NCBI RefSeq assembly: GCF_009834535.1
Contig: NC_045696.1
Location: forward strand, 34,040,001 to 34,104,000
DNA length: 64,000 nt
Direction: 5' to 3'
Source of the DNA: Camelus ferus
Lineage: Eukaryota
The notes below the pieces were generated by a model that was not told where the DNA came from, searched no databases, and saw nothing but the letters and a program-made list of their open reading frames with translations. Every line of letters begins with the position of its first letter. The first letter of the stretch is position 1. Position numbers and translations under genes: made by a program. Below, piece by piece: positions 1-12,662 of this stretch.

Positions 1-406
1 TTTTTTTATCATTCATTTGTTCACTGGAGCAGCATTTTTAATTTTTTTCAAGAACTTTTCCTTTGCATTCTAACTTGGGTAACTGGGTAACTTGGGTAAC
101 ACAACACTTATTGATTAAGTTCACTGCCTTATATGGGTGGCATGATTCACAGCACCCCAAAACAATTCTAATAGTAACGTCAAAAATCACTGATCACAGA
201 TCACCATAACAAATACAACAATAATAAAAAAAAGTTTGAAATATTGGGAGAATTACCAAAAGGTGACACAGAGAAGTGAGCAAGTGCTGCTGGAAAAATG
301 GCACCGATGGACTTGTTTAAAACAGGGTTGCCACAAACAACCAATTTGCAAAAAACATAGTATCTGTGAAGCACAATAAAATGAAATGCAAAACAAGGCG
401 TGCCTG
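1..406 (-). mobile_element. Tigger1-like TcMar DNA transposon, 5' terminal part (runs off window start)
   Basis: Ends ...gtgaagcacaataaaatgaaatgcaaaacaaggcgtgcctg, the reverse complement of the recalled Tigger1 5' terminus (CAGGCATACCTCGTTTTATTGCGCTTC...). Confidence 0.8.
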
Positions 407-558
407 GACCTTCCTGTGCCTGCCTGTACCAGGCACGACCATGTATTATCTGAGCATATCAAAAGAGACAATTCAAGGGAATAGAGTTTGCTAATGAAGA
501 AGAGAGTACAGTAAAATCTATTTTATTTTCAACTTAATTCATGTGCTTTAATTTCAAG

Positions 559-590
559 GGCCACAATTGTTAGGAACATTCAAGAGGTTG
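559..590 (+). CDS. Candidate internal coding exon (32 nt, phase 2->1) of unidentified + strand gene; ATIVRNIQEV
   Basis: Acceptor gctttaatttcaag|G and donor TTG|gtaaaa; frame is open and joins exon 4199 in phase (G+AA=E). Confidence 0.45.
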
Positions 591-663
591 GTAAAATGTG
601 TAATGAATTATTATTGGAGTGAAATTATGGCATTTCAATTTTTTAAATGCGGATTTATGTTAC

Positions 664-1092
664 TCTTGGTTTGCAATCTTGGAAGTTCCCCAGGAGGGTA
701 CTGGCCCCTGTACATGGAGGGTAGGGAGAGACAGAAGAAAGAGGCAAATCATTTCAGACTGGTAGGTGGCAGTTTAATAAGCAAGGGAACTTATATGCAA
801 AAGAGGTTTGTCTGAGTGGGTGCAAGATGGGTAGATCTTGGCACCTGCCTTCCAGAATCCATATATAAAGGTTTATATAGAGGATTTAAAACTGGGTTCA
901 GTCACATAAACCATCCAGGTGGTCTCAACAACAAATGACTTTTTCAAGTTTATGTCCTTGAAGCAACTCCTAGTGTGGAAAAGGTGGGCAGAACTTACAT
1001 CCTAAGACAGGGGAGGGGGTGAGGAACCTCTGATTGCCCAGGGCAAGTTCAAGGGTCAAAGGGCAGTCACATCTTGATGACCTTCTCCAACA
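664..1092 (-). mobile_element. Solo LTR (429 bp), family not assigned
   Basis: Termini tcttgg...ccaaca (near-inverted), flanked by perfect 5-bp TSD gttac (659-663, 1093-1097); ATTAAA and TATA-like motifs on the - strand. Confidence 0.7.
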
Positions 1093-1659
1093 GTTACAAA
1101 TTCAAAGGAAAAGGAACATGTTAAAAACATATTAAATGCTGCTTTACTGGGGTAGAGTGGAAGTCCTGGGCAGTTTTGATTGCTTTATGCTTTGCTCACT
1201 TTAGAATACACTTTAAGGATTTCCTTAGATAAAACTGAAATTAAGAAGAGAAAATACCTCTGTTTTAAAGTTAGCTCTGTGACAGTTTCAGAGTATGGAT
1301 ACAGAGGAAAACATGAGCAAGATGATTTTGGAGTACAGCAATTATAGGCCTAAGTAGAATATTAGAAGAAGGAAAATTTAATTAAATTCAACAACATGTC
1401 AATTATGTGGCACTGTAATAGGTTATGTTTAACAAAAAATAAAATTTTTTTGTGAAATTAGATCAATTGGTCTTAAAATGTTTTAAAAACATTTTGATTT
1501 GTTAAAGAACTAAAAATCTGGAACATTATGCAAAGTCTTGTAGATGATTCAAGATCATTGTTATGAACATCAGTTACCTCCACCTCATTAGGCCTTAGTA
1601 GTCATATTTACCACTCCAGTATTGTCCACAGATTTGGCCCATCTGTGGGATTTGTCCTG

Positions 1660-2117
1660 CTGTAGGTACATGGGGATTATTCTTGACTTCTGTCCTCTGC
1701 GTATGACCTTGCAGTGACTTCTAGTCTGAGATGCAGTGCCCTGTCCCATGCATGTTAGGTTTGGTCAAACAACTTGTTCTGGCAAGTGCAATATGGTAGG
1801 TCTCATGAGGTCCTAACAAATATTGTCTATTTCTACTTGCTTTCTTATGCTATTATTATCTATCAAAAGAGGAATGCACCCTGGATAGCTGCTGGTCCCA
1901 GAATGAGACCTGTAGAGAACACTGGAACCCAGTCCACAGCCTGAAGCCCAGCCCAGCTGACCCACAGCATGAAGCAGAGCTGTCCTGGCTGCCCCATAGA
2001 TCTGTGGGCAAGAAGAGTAAATATTCTTATATTTATTGCATATTAAATATATTATAATGTAAATTCCTGTTGCTGTTCCTGTAAGCCACTGAATTTCAGC
2101 AATAGCTCTCTAATACA
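1660..2117 (+). mobile_element. MLT1 (MaLR) LTR, old subfamily
   Basis: MLT1-like motifs agcccagcccagctgacccacagcatgaagcagagc and taagccactgaattt. Confidence 0.6.
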
Positions 2118-2320
2118 CGAAGATAGTCTGCATAAGCCCAAAACTCATTTTGGTGACTTCAGCTTATATTAATCTTTAAGTCATGAAAAAATCATGAAGC
2201 TTGTTATTGAAATCTGATGGTGGCAGAAGTCACTTAGATTTTTATACATGAATAATGCAGAATGGAGTTGTTGGAGAAATTCCTGAGTATTTTTCTAGGT
2301 GAAGGATCAGCCTTACCTAC

Positions 2321-2686
2321 TGTGTCAGTCTGCTCAGGCGGCTGTAAGAGGATATCATGTACGGGGTGGCTTCAGCAACAGACATTTATTTCTCACAGTT
2401 CTGGGGGATGGGAAGTCCAAGATCAAGGTGCCAACAGATTTGGTTTTTGGTAACAGCCCTCTACCTGGCTTGAAGACAAATGCCTTTTCTCTGAGTCCTT
2501 ACATGGAAGATCTGGTCTTTTGTTTCCTTTTGATAAAGACACTAAGCCCGTCACTGGAGCCCCACCCTCACGACCTCATTTAAACCTAATTATCTCTCAA
2601 AGATCTCATCTCTAAATGCCACCATACTGGGAGTTATAACTTCAACATGTGAATTCTGAGGGAAAACAAATAATCAGTCTATAACA
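2321..2686 (-). mobile_element. MLT1A-type MaLR solo LTR
   Basis: tg...ca termini; diagnostic acatttatttctcacagttctgggggatgggaagtccaagatcaaggtgcca. Confidence 0.85.
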
Positions 2687-2818
2687 CTTATGTCTTGATT
2701 AGACATTTCCAGAAGTATCCACTGTCACTAACAAATTCTGCTACTATAATGCTTTTTATTTCACAACTAGAAATAAAGTTTAAATTGAATACACTTATAG
2801 AAAAAAAAATATTCTTTT

Positions 2819-3260
2819 TTGGTAGATTGTTTCCAAAATTGCCAGCAAGAATACCTCCCATCCATGTACATGTATGCAGTTTCTCTCATCAAGAGATAGG
2901 GTTAATATTCCCTTCCTTAATCTATGCTGCCATGTGAGTTGCTTTGACCCAAAGAATGTGGCAAAGATGACACTGTATCAGTTCTGGGACTAGGGCATAA
3001 GGGACCTGACAGCTTCCACTTTTGCTGTTCAGTCTCAAGCAGTTCCATCCACTCCAGCTGAAGTACCAGACATGTGACTGAGGCGGTCTTAAACACCCAG
3101 TGACAGACAGCCCAGCTCTCAGTGGAAGGCAGTTACACACATTACCTCACCTGACACTACCTGCACCCGAAGAACCATCCAACTGAAACTAGCCAATCCA
3201 AAAAATCAGGAAACCAACAAACCATTTTTGTTCTATGCCACTAAGTTTTGCAAAACAATT
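2819..3260 (+). mobile_element. MLT1G/H-type MaLR LTR
   Basis: gttgctttgacccaaagaatgtggcaaagatgacactgtatcagttctgg ... gccactaagttttg. Confidence 0.7.
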
Positions 3261-4198
3261 GAAACTTCATTTAATTAAAATAGAGTGTCAGAACATTTCT
3301 GAGAATTTGAATTGGAAAGAGTACAATGAAGGCAGGGAAAGGACCCAGAATTCTGAGCCTAGGGTGTCTGAAGCAGAAGTTTACTTTCTTCAGAGTTTGT
3401 TTTGTTATTCTGTGGAAGTTTTGTGAGAAGAGAGACTAGCCTGATCCACATCTTTGTTTCTGAGCCCTGTATCATACAATTCAAATGTTTCCAGCCCTTG
3501 TGTTCTGCTATAGTATTTTTAGTGTCATATATTCAAATTGCCAAGTCATAAGAAAACCACGAAATAAAGAGAATTCAACTTTCTTTGACTTGGCCGGCAT
3601 CCCGCATGAAATGGCTATGGATAACATCTGACTGGACTTGAATAGGAAATATATTGGACTGCAAGGGCCTCAATTTTCCAAAGCTCTCGTCTTTACACAT
3701 GCGTTTCATGCAGAATAACTTGTTCTGTATGTGAAGAGAGAAACATCTATGGATTGATAAGTGGATCTCAATGTAGGACTTGCCATGCCTATGACCTTCT
3801 TCTCAGTTAGACTCTGAGAATGCATGCATCAACAATTCTTTTTATGACTACTAGGATTATAACTCTGGGAGTTAAGCCTAGAGAGAAGCGCACAAAAAAG
3901 AGAAAACGAAACAATACTTTTTTAAAAGGATAAATCAGATATTTATAGTTGGCATTGCTTTAAATTTTATCTTTTGAGAAAAATGTATGCTTCTAGCTTA
4001 CTAACAACCAAGTCAAAAAACACATTTTCTCATAGCAAATAGGAATCTCAGGAATTTGCACATGTTTAAACAAGGTGTAAATTTTCTGCCCACCATTTCT
4101 TGAAGAAATTAAAATTTGAAATACAAGAGGACTTTTTTGGGTTCTTTTTGTTGCAAAAATTCGAGTTTAAATAGTCTACATTTTCTTTGTAAAAACAG

Positions 4199-4263
4199 AA
4201 ACGGATGGAGGAGAAAATGTCTTTTACTTCGTTGAGCATTTTAACAATGCACGAAAGGATGTG
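4199..4263 (+). CDS. Internal coding exon (65 nt, phase 1->0) of unidentified + strand gene; (E)TDGGENVFYFVEHFNNARKDV
   Basis: Acceptor ttttctttgtaaaaacag|AA and donor GTG|gtaggg; open frame, retained CpGs, phase matches the next exon. Confidence 0.65.
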
Positions 4264-4429
4264 GTAGGGGTCTACAAAATGGCAATGATTCAGCAAATAG
4301 TTACTTAAAAGTCGAAAGGAATCTGTTATACATTAAGAATACACAGCCACTGTTTACTTCACCAAATAGCACTGGAAAAGAGGAAGCTAATGCAGTGCTG
4401 TTAACAGTGATTTAATCATATTTTATAGT

Positions 4430-5410
4430 GTGAGCAACGAAAGCCAATTGGGACTTTTAGAAGATGACATGGTTATATTTATGCTTTAGAAAGACCATTC
4501 TGGAAACAATGCAGAGAGTGGGTCAGAGACACGTACAAGTGGAAGGAGGCCTTCTGCAGTGGTCCAGGCCAGAAATGAAGGGGACTTCAACTCAGCCTCT
4601 AGGGATGGAGAGAAGCAGTCAGACAACTTCTGTCTGGGATCATTTGTTCTGCCCTTCCAAATAACCAAAGCTCTTGCTTCTGATGCGAGAGTTCAAATGT
4701 CACCTTACCAGAAAGGTCCACCCTGACCACCCTGGTAAATAGCTTATCTATCACTTCCTTTCTCCTTTAAACTGTACCTGTTCCCTCTTTACTTTTTCAT
4801 AATGCTTATTTTCCCCTGATATATCTGTCCATTTTCTATCTCTCTTCATTACAAGGTAAGCTGCTTGAGGCCAAGAATTTTGGGTCACTGTAGCATCCTG
4901 ATTCCTAGAAGATTTCCTGGTACTCTGCAACTCCAGTTATGGAGAAGATCGACAGCTCTGGCATCTTTTTGGAGCCTATTAAACATGCAGAATTCCAAAA
5001 CTACTGAACTAGTAGCCAGACAAGATCTCAGGTGATTTGTATACACATTAAAGTCTGTGAAGCACCCAGGCTAGCACACTTTAGATCCTCAATAAATATT
5101 GGATGACAGCATGAAGTCAAAATAGACAGAAGATGGTAATCAGCTGATTGTAACAGACGGAGTTAGAGGAGAAGCCAAGGATGGTAACTGAGTTTCTGGG
5201 TTTCTGGATCAAGGAGGGTGATGAGATCACTCAGTAGGATGGACAACACCAGGCATAAGCAAAGGTATGGGTGGGGAGATGGAAAGTCAACTTTGCATCT
5301 TTGGAATTTGGTTCTCTGATGAATAGCCAGTAGGTAACTGAATATAGAAACCTAAAGTTTAAAAGGGAGATCAAGATTAGATACACAGATTTTCTAGAGA
5401 CATAGAGTAG
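4430..5410. mobile_element. Fragmented L2 LINE pieces in both orientations, with a small MER5-like hAT fragment (~4930-5066)
   Basis: L2-like tttagaaagaccattctggaaacaatgcagagagtgg and ctcaataaatatt; MER5-like caggtgatttgtatacacattaaagtctgtgaagcac. Confidence 0.6.
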
Positions 5411-6431
5411 AACAATTCAGAGACACTTAAACTTTGCATGTCTCCCAGTTACGTCTCGGCCAGATGGAGATAAACAGGTGAACTCGCAAAAAACTGCAAT
5501 TTAAATGATAAACTAACAGGGAAAGTGGTTTCGGCTGAAATTCCCATGGACTTCATTTTGCCCATTTGGATGCATTCATGATTTGGAAGGAGAGGAGACT
5601 CCCTGCTACTCATTACCCAACATACTGAATCATTTTAATCTACTGTTTATATTATTAGTCTATATTGGCTGATACTAAATAAATTTTGTAGTCGTCGTTA
5701 ACTGCTTGATGCTAAGATTGGGAGAGACCAATCTTCTTAGGGCTGTTCTGAAACTCCTGACTTAGCTCTGTATACATTATACTCTTGGCGGGTAATCAGA
5801 ATAAATATTTAGGGGGCAATTCTTTCAGCTTCACTGAAGCATTTCACTTAATTGATTACTTTTGGCTTTTACAGATAATGAGGACTCCCCAGTTGTAAAT
5901 TGCTCAGATGACTATTCTCAATGGATGATGATATAATTGAACAATAATTTTTGTTTCAAATGAGAACTGTACGCAAACAATGGGATGCTTCCACTTGCCT
6001 GTTGACAAAATAATTTAGGAAAACTACATAATTCTAGTATCAAAAAGCAGCAGGTATAAGAGAGGATGCTAGTGGTGTGTGGTCAGTTTTTATTTTCACT
6101 TTTAAATCAGCCAACCCTTTAAAAAAGACAATGCCTGCTAGAATGAAGGCAAGCTGGTGTGTTTATTGGTCTCTGTGAGTATCCTAAGGGCTTCAAATTG
6201 TTAGCGTGTATCAAATAGTGCACTTTCTTTTTCTAACTTTGCTTTTATTATTTCACATCTGGGAATTTCTCTTAAAGAAATACTCCAAAATAGGAAAAAA
6301 AATTCATTACTTAGTAACATGTTGACTTTGATTAATGAGCCCTCTCCCCATCTTCCGAGGATTTTTTTTTTTTTTTGCTGTCTTGAATTAATAAGCAAAA
6401 AAAAAATTTTTTTAACTGTCTTTTCTCTCAG

Positions 6432-6472
6432 GTTTTAGAATCTCAGTTCTGCACTTTCTTGCATAAGGAAGA
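6432..6472 (+). CDS. Internal coding exon (41 nt, phase 0->2) of unidentified + strand gene; VLESQFCTFLHKE(D)
   Basis: Branch-like tttaac, strong acceptor tgtcttttctctcag|G and donor AGA|gtaaga; open and in phase with both neighbours. Confidence 0.7.
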
Positions 6473-7109
6473 GTAAGATGAATAAAAAATATCCAGGCTT
6501 CAGGAGAAAATAGACAACATGATGCTACTGAAGTTGGAGCCATCAGTAAGCTCCAAGGAAGTGGACACCTTAGGCATTCAAAAGACTCAGAAAGGGACAG
6601 GGATCAGTGAAGTGTGCATATGCAATGAGGGACTCAGATCACGTTTAACACAGAATGACTACAGGCCACAGTTGTGGCACGGCCTCCCTGCAGGATTCCT
6701 GAGGACTTGGGCTCTGCTGCTCTGATGCTCAGGGGCCCAGGGCCCATCACCTTCACCTTCCTGGATTGCTTATCTTTTATAATTCCCAAGGAAGGCTGGG
6801 ATTTCCCTGTGCCCTTAAAAAAATGGTTGGAATTATTGCAAAATCTTCAAAATCTGAGGGGTCTTTTGCCCAAAGAGGCACTGTCATTACCTCCTTAGTG
6901 TTTAGTATTTTGATCTTATAAATCTACTAAACATATTTAATCAAAGTTCCTAACTAGTCAGTCAAAATCGTAATAAAAGCACATTCTCTTAAGTGTTCGA
7001 AACCTCTAAAGGTACACACGTCACATAAATGATCACAATGAGACCTATTTAAGAACTATTTCTATCTATATATACACATATGTTAAAAAAAGTATTACAG
7101 TCACATGCT

Positions 7110-7440
7110 TTGGCTTCTTTCAAAAGCAGAACCTGATAAAAAGGCTTGTAGGCAGGTTGTTTATTTGGAGATGATGCCAGGGAGCTAGAGGGAGGGACAA
7201 GCAGCGTGGAGCAAAGGAGGTGGAAGGCTGATCACAGATGCCTTATGTTGGTCACCACACTTGACACCTGATGCTAAGTTCCAGAGGATGCTCTGAATTA
7301 CCTTATGTTTCCATCTCACAACTCCAGTTTGCTCAGGAAACAAAAGCACTTCCATCCTCATTGGACAAGAATGGCCACACCAGTGTTAATTCTTTCCAGC
7401 TTCTGGGATGTGCAGTGGTGGGTACCATGTGGAATCTCTC
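7110..7440 (-). mobile_element. ERVL-class (LTR16-like) LTR fragment
   Basis: aagcagaacctgataaaaggcttgtaggcaggttgtttatttggagatgatgccaggg, typical of the LTR16-family 3' end read antisense. Confidence 0.55.
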
Positions 7441-7789
7441 ATGACAGGAAATGAGAGTTATATGACTTGAGCCCTCATTTGGTGGTCATGTAAATTTTTA
7501 GGATTATTGCCAAATTAGGAAAACCTCTATATTTTTTTTAACTTAGGAGCTATAAGATTTCACTCTTGTGAGTTACAAAGCTTAAATATTCTTTGAGTGG
7601 ATCAAAGTAACCGGTTTGTTATTGATATTGTTGTGCTATAGACTGAACGTTATTTTTTAATCAATAGCATTATTTTGTGGTAAATCTTCAAGAAATGTAA
7701 ATACTTTTCCATGTGTTCATATGATTTATTCCTTTTTATCAGACTATGAAATAATCCAAGAATCTAGTCATTACTTCTATGTGTGTGAC

Positions 7790-8045
7790 TGCTGGTGGAT
7801 GAAGCTTCTCCCATCACTTGTAGGCACAGTCGACCCATGACCCCAGAAGCACCTGGAAGGATGGAGCTGCAGTTGCCTACAGAGAAAACCAGCTCAACAG
7901 CCTACTCTTGGACAGGTTTCTCTTCCCCACTCTGCTGTCTCTAGTTCCCTCACTCTGTTTCTCTGGAATCACTTGCCAAAATAAACTTCTTACTTGTAAG
8001 CACTTGTCTCTCAGGCTCTGCTTTTTGGGAAAATGGAAGTGAAGA
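7790..8045 (+). mobile_element. ERVL-class (LTR16-like) LTR 3' fragment
   Basis: ggaatcacttgccaaaataaacttcttacttgtaagcacttgtctctcaggctctgctttttggg. Confidence 0.6.
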
Positions 8046-8779
8046 CAGTTGGGTGGCAAATTCATGTAGGACCACATAGGTGATTTAAGACTTTGTAAGA
8101 CTTTGACCTTCTTCAAGTGCAGGATTTTGGACCAAGGTGAGGATGATCTAACTCAAAAAAAGATGAAATTAAGGAAAAAGAGATAGAGAAGGGCTCGATC
8201 AGTCAGTGACTGCAGACAGCTGTTTGCCTCCACAGGCAAAAGTGCAAACTCACAATCTTCAGTCCTTATAATCTCAGGAGAGTCTGAACCCAGATTCACA
8301 GCAGCCATGCTTAAGTCCCTCCTGTCCTGTGGAGAGTAAGAAACCATGCCCTTTCCCTCAGATTGGTACCAGCAAAGCGGCTAAAGTCCTAAGGAGGCTC
8401 TTTGGAATTTGTGGAATGGATGCAGAATGAAGCAGATTGTAAATGAGACCCCTTCATTTTAACCCTCTCAACCCCTGGATGTTACTACCGCTCATAAAAG
8501 CAGAAAGCACTTTAAATACACAAAGGATGCAATCCACTCAAGAAAATTATGTTAATACTGAGAGGCTGGCTTCTTATTTGATGTTTCTGTAAACAGTTTT
8601 TACAGACTGTTTCCCAAGACTTAGTATTTAAGAATCTGTTGCTGGAACTCCCCAAAATCTGCATTTTCTTTTTTTTTTTTTTGTAGAAACATATGAAATT
8701 GTGATGCTTATATTATTACCCTTCAAATACTGTAGTGATATATTGTATTTTACCACAACATAGGTTTTTTTCCCCCCAG

Positions 8780-8839
8780 TGCAGTGCTAAAAGATGAGGA
8801 TGTTGGTTTCTGTCACCGTTCAAACAAAAATGTGCTACA
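8780..8839 (+). CDS. Internal coding exon (60 nt, phase 2->2) of unidentified + strand gene; (D)AVLKDEDVGFCHRSNKNVL(H)
   Basis: Acceptor ttttttccccccag|T and donor ACA|gtatgt; open frame in phase with exons 6432 and 16423. Confidence 0.7.
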
Positions 8840-9099
8840 GTATGTCAGACAATTTTAGGTGAACCTCTTTTGGAATATCAACAATAACTTGGATGCAAAA
8901 TGCTTCTTTTTCCTCTTCTCATGGACAATTTGATCATCCAGGATATTTTATTTAACTTCGTATGGCAAATGTTATATTTTGTTTAACTTATAAAGTCAAT
9001 TTTTGTGTAACTTAGATTACAATTTTGTGTATCTTATTTTAATTGAATTTTGTGTAATTTATGGTCATAAGCCAGGAAAGGATTTTACTAACAATGCTA

Positions 9100-9565
9100 A
9101 CAGTGTAGCCTGTGGCAGCTTCATGGACACAGGTGGAAGGCACAAGACACTGGGGTTGCAGACAAAAGACTTTTTTACTCAAGGCACAGCCAACAGGATG
9201 AACTTTATGTTTGCATCAATGCTCCTCCTCCCTGCCCTCCACCAAGTCCACAGGGAAGAGATGCAGGTGAGCACAGATGGATGCAGAACATGCAGTGAGT
9301 CTGTCTCACAACCAGAGAATCCAGAGTTTAGGAAACCTCAATCTTTTATAAGGAGATTACAAGCAAATTGGCTCAATCTTTGCACCAAAGAGGGACATTA
9401 TCTTTATTCTACTGATGGTAAGCAAATTTGCCTTCTGCTTGGAGACAGACATTATTTCTGTCTTCTAAGGCTGTTCACTATACAAATAGCCTTGAAATAA
9501 CAGTCTGGCACAAAAAGTTGTCAATGCCTCTGCTTACAAGATGTGAAGAAATGTGAGAGACATAA
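9100..9565 (-). mobile_element. ERV LTR, family uncertain
   Basis: LTR-like composition with antisense poly(A)-signal region (aaagacttttttactcaaggcacagc) and TATA-like ttttataagg; boundaries approximate. Confidence 0.5.
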
Positions 9566-9699
9566 CATTGTGTTATAATTTGTTTTTGTAATAGAAATAA
9601 TTTTTGCTCACAGCAAAAAAAAAAAAAAAAGAGCACCTTAGAAAAATATATAAAATAAACAGGAATTTTTCACACAAATGAGATCATGGGATTCTTTAT

Positions 9700-10087
9700 G
9701 TGTGACTTAAAACAACAAAAATGTGTTGTCTCACAGTTCAAGAGGCCAGAAGTCCAAAATCAAGATGTGGACAGGGCCATGCTCCCTGTGAAAACACCAG
9801 GGAGAAATCCTTCCCTCTTCTAGCTTCTGGCCGTGGCCATCAGTCGTTGGTCCCAATTCCCCATCTCTGCCTCTGTTGTCACATTCTCCCTCTGTGCCTG
9901 TGTCCAAATTTCCCTCTTCCTGTAGGACACCAGTCCTGTTAGACTAGTGCCACCCTAATCCTAATGACCTCACCTTAGCTTGATTACATCTGCAGTGACC
10001 CTATTTTCACATAAGGTCACATTCACAGTTATTCAGGGTTAGGATGTCAATGTGCCTTTGTGGGGGAACACCATTCAACCCACAACA
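9700..10087 (-). mobile_element. MLT1B-type MaLR LTR
   Basis: tctcacagttcaagaggccagaagtccaaaatcaag ... attacatctgcagtgaccctatttt ... attcaacccacaaca. Confidence 0.8.
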
Positions 10088-10739
10088 GGTGTCTTTTCCT
10101 AATTCACATAAAGGTACTCTCTGCTTGGGCCTGGGGGCTGCATCCACCCCAGAGGTGGTCTTTGTGCATATTAGAAACAAGATGCTCTGTTTTGTGTAGT
10201 TGTGAGTGCTTGCCATGCGATCTTCTCTCAGGAAAGTGTGTGTGCTGGGTGCTCAGAGAGAAGATGGATGACAATACTGTCCTGAAGAGTCTCACAGCCC
10301 GGAAGGAGCTTTCCTGTACTGTCTCTCCTCCCGTGTAGCTGGATAATAAGCCCCAACATCGTGTGATTTCTCCTTGTGATCTGGAAGAGTCTAACATATG
10401 AAAGAGTCTAACTTCTAAATATACACACTAAAGAAGCCTTATGAGCTCAACTGGTTGCCCCCTCTCAGGGCTTCTTCCTTCCCTGCCATCCTCCATGTGA
10501 TCACCAGAGAACTGCTTCTCCTCACAAGGAACATTTGGCACTCTTCTGCTTAAGACCCTCCCCTGGCTGGTGGGCCCCTGCCTGCAGGGTGGGTGCAAGT
10601 TGCAACCCCACCCTACTGCAGACAACTCAGAACTGCTTGTTCTTGTAAAGCAAGCTGTTTCTTGGCTCTGGGTTTTGTTCAGGCTGTTCCTTCCAGCCTG
10701 AGGCACCCTGTCCTTCTTTATCATCTGGAGGGGAAATCT

Positions 10740-11790
10740 TTTTTCTTATTAAATAAATTTGACATGTAACCTTGTGTAAATCACAGGTATATAGTGTGTT
10801 GCTTTGATACATTTATATAGTATAATATGGTTGTTCTTGTAATGATATTTATCACATTACATAGTTACAGAACAGTATTATTGTCTATACTCAATATACA
10901 AACATTAAATCTTTATGGCTTATTTAGTACTTGTTACAAATTTGTCACCTGAAACACCATCAATCTTATCTTCCACTCCCAATCTCTGGTAATCACCATT
11001 TTACTTTTTATTTTTTAAGTTTGACTTTTTTTAGATTCCACATATAAGTGATATCATAAAGTATTTGTCTTTCTGTTTCTGATATCTCATTTAGCATCAT
11101 GTGTTCATGGTTCATCAATGTTGTCTCAAATGGCAGGGCACCCTCCTTTTTAATGGATAGATAATATTCCACTGTGCGTATATATACACCAACTCTTTTT
11201 TTATCCAGTCATCTGCTGATGGGCAGTTGAGTTGTTTCCATATCTTGGCTATGGTGAATAATGCTGCAACCATGGAAGTGCATATATGTCATTTAACTCC
11301 TGTTTTCATTTCCTTTGTGTATATTTTTAGAAGCGGAATTGCTGGATCATATCATATTTTATATTTTTTTGAGGAATCTTCTTATTGTTTTACATAGTGG
11401 TTACAACAATTTACATTCCCATAAACAATGCCCAAGGATTCTCTTTTTATCAAATCTTTGCCAGCACCCATTATCCCTTGTCTTCTTGATGATAGCCACT
11501 CTAAAACATGTGAGGTGATATCTTGTGGTTTTTATTTGCATTTCTGATGTTGAGCATCTTCTCACGTGCCTGCTGGCCATTTGGATGTAGTCTTTAGAAA
11601 AATGTCTATTTAGCTCTTCTGCCCATTTTTGTTATTAAGTTGTGTAAGGTCTTTATTTATTTTGGATATTAACTCCTTATCTGACATATGATTTACAAAA
11701 ATTTTTGCCATTCTGTAGGCTATGTTTTCATTTTGTTAATTGTTTCTTTTACAGTGCAGAAGCTTTTGAGTTTGATGTAGCCCCATTTGC
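10740..11790 (-). mobile_element. 5'-truncated L1 (3' UTR plus ORF2 C-terminus)
   Basis: T-rich tail followed by ttagattccacatataagtga, gttgtttccatatcttggctatggtgaataatgctgca and gcagaagcttttgagtttgatgtag. Confidence 0.9.
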
Positions 11791-12195
11791 TGCTTTTGTG
11801 ATCACAGTATTCTTAAACTCACCTTTTGTGACTAATTCTGTATTTTAAGCATTCTATATTAGGACATTAAGATATATCTTAATATTTTATACACATATAT
11901 AAAACCATTATACAGATGTTTCATAATTTATTAAATCAATCCCTGATCAGTGAATATTTAATTCTTACAAGTTTTTGCTATTACCAACAGTGTTAGACTA
12001 AACTCCCTTATACTTATGTTTTGAGTACCTTCTAGAGTATAGATGTATGATTCACAACTAGGAGGATGTGTGATTCACTATTGGGTCAAAGAGTAGGTGG
12101 GATGTTAATTTGAGGGCAATGAAATAGATCTATTAGAAACTGCATCATTTTTTGTTCTGTTTCCTTACATCTTTGTCATGTTTGGGTGCTATCAA

Positions 12196-12662
12196 TGTGC
12201 TAGACGGAATAATGGTTCCCCAAAGATGTCCAGGTTATAACCACCAGAACCTGTGAATATGTTATCTTACATTGCAAAAGGGACTTTGCGGGTGTGATCC
12301 AGTTAAGGATCATGAGATGGGAGATCATCTTGGATTATCTAGGTGGGCCCCATGCAATCACAAGTGTTTTTATAAGTGAAAGGAACAGAGAGAAGGAGAA
12401 ATGATGAGAGGAGAAGGGGTTGTCCTGATGTAGATGCTGCCTGGGGGCCATGGGTCAAGTTATGTGGGCAGGCTCTGGGAGCTAAAAAAGACAAGGAAAC
12501 AAATTCTTCCCTAGAGTCTCCAAAAGGAACACAATTCTGCCAAGACCCAATGAAACTCATTTCAGACTTCAAACCTCCAGAACAGTAACATAATAAACGT
12601 GTGTTGTTTTAAGCCATTTAGTTTGTGGCACTTTGCTCCAGCAGCAACAGAAAACTAAGACA
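12196..12662 (+). mobile_element. MLT1C/D-type MaLR solo LTR inserted in an old L1
   Basis: tgtgctagacggaataatggttccccaaagatgtcc ... gcaaaagggactttgc ... gcagcaacagaaaactaagaca; degraded L1M sequence on both sides (~11800-13440). Confidence 0.85.

Noticed and set aside
3646..3726. Possible extra 81-nt + strand exon (NILDCKGLNFPKLSSLHMRFMQNNLF)
   Set aside because: Weak acceptor, and splicing it to exon 4199 creates an in-frame TAA (T+AA)
4066..4296. 76-aa - strand ORF with slight IL7-like wording (CISNFNFFKK)
   Set aside because: It lies antisense to the better-supported + exon 4199-4263; the similarity is only a few residues and no IL7 exon structure is present
9003..9500. Longest ORF in the track (165 aa)
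   Set aside because: Non-ATG start and mostly within an LTR read antisense; no recognisable domain
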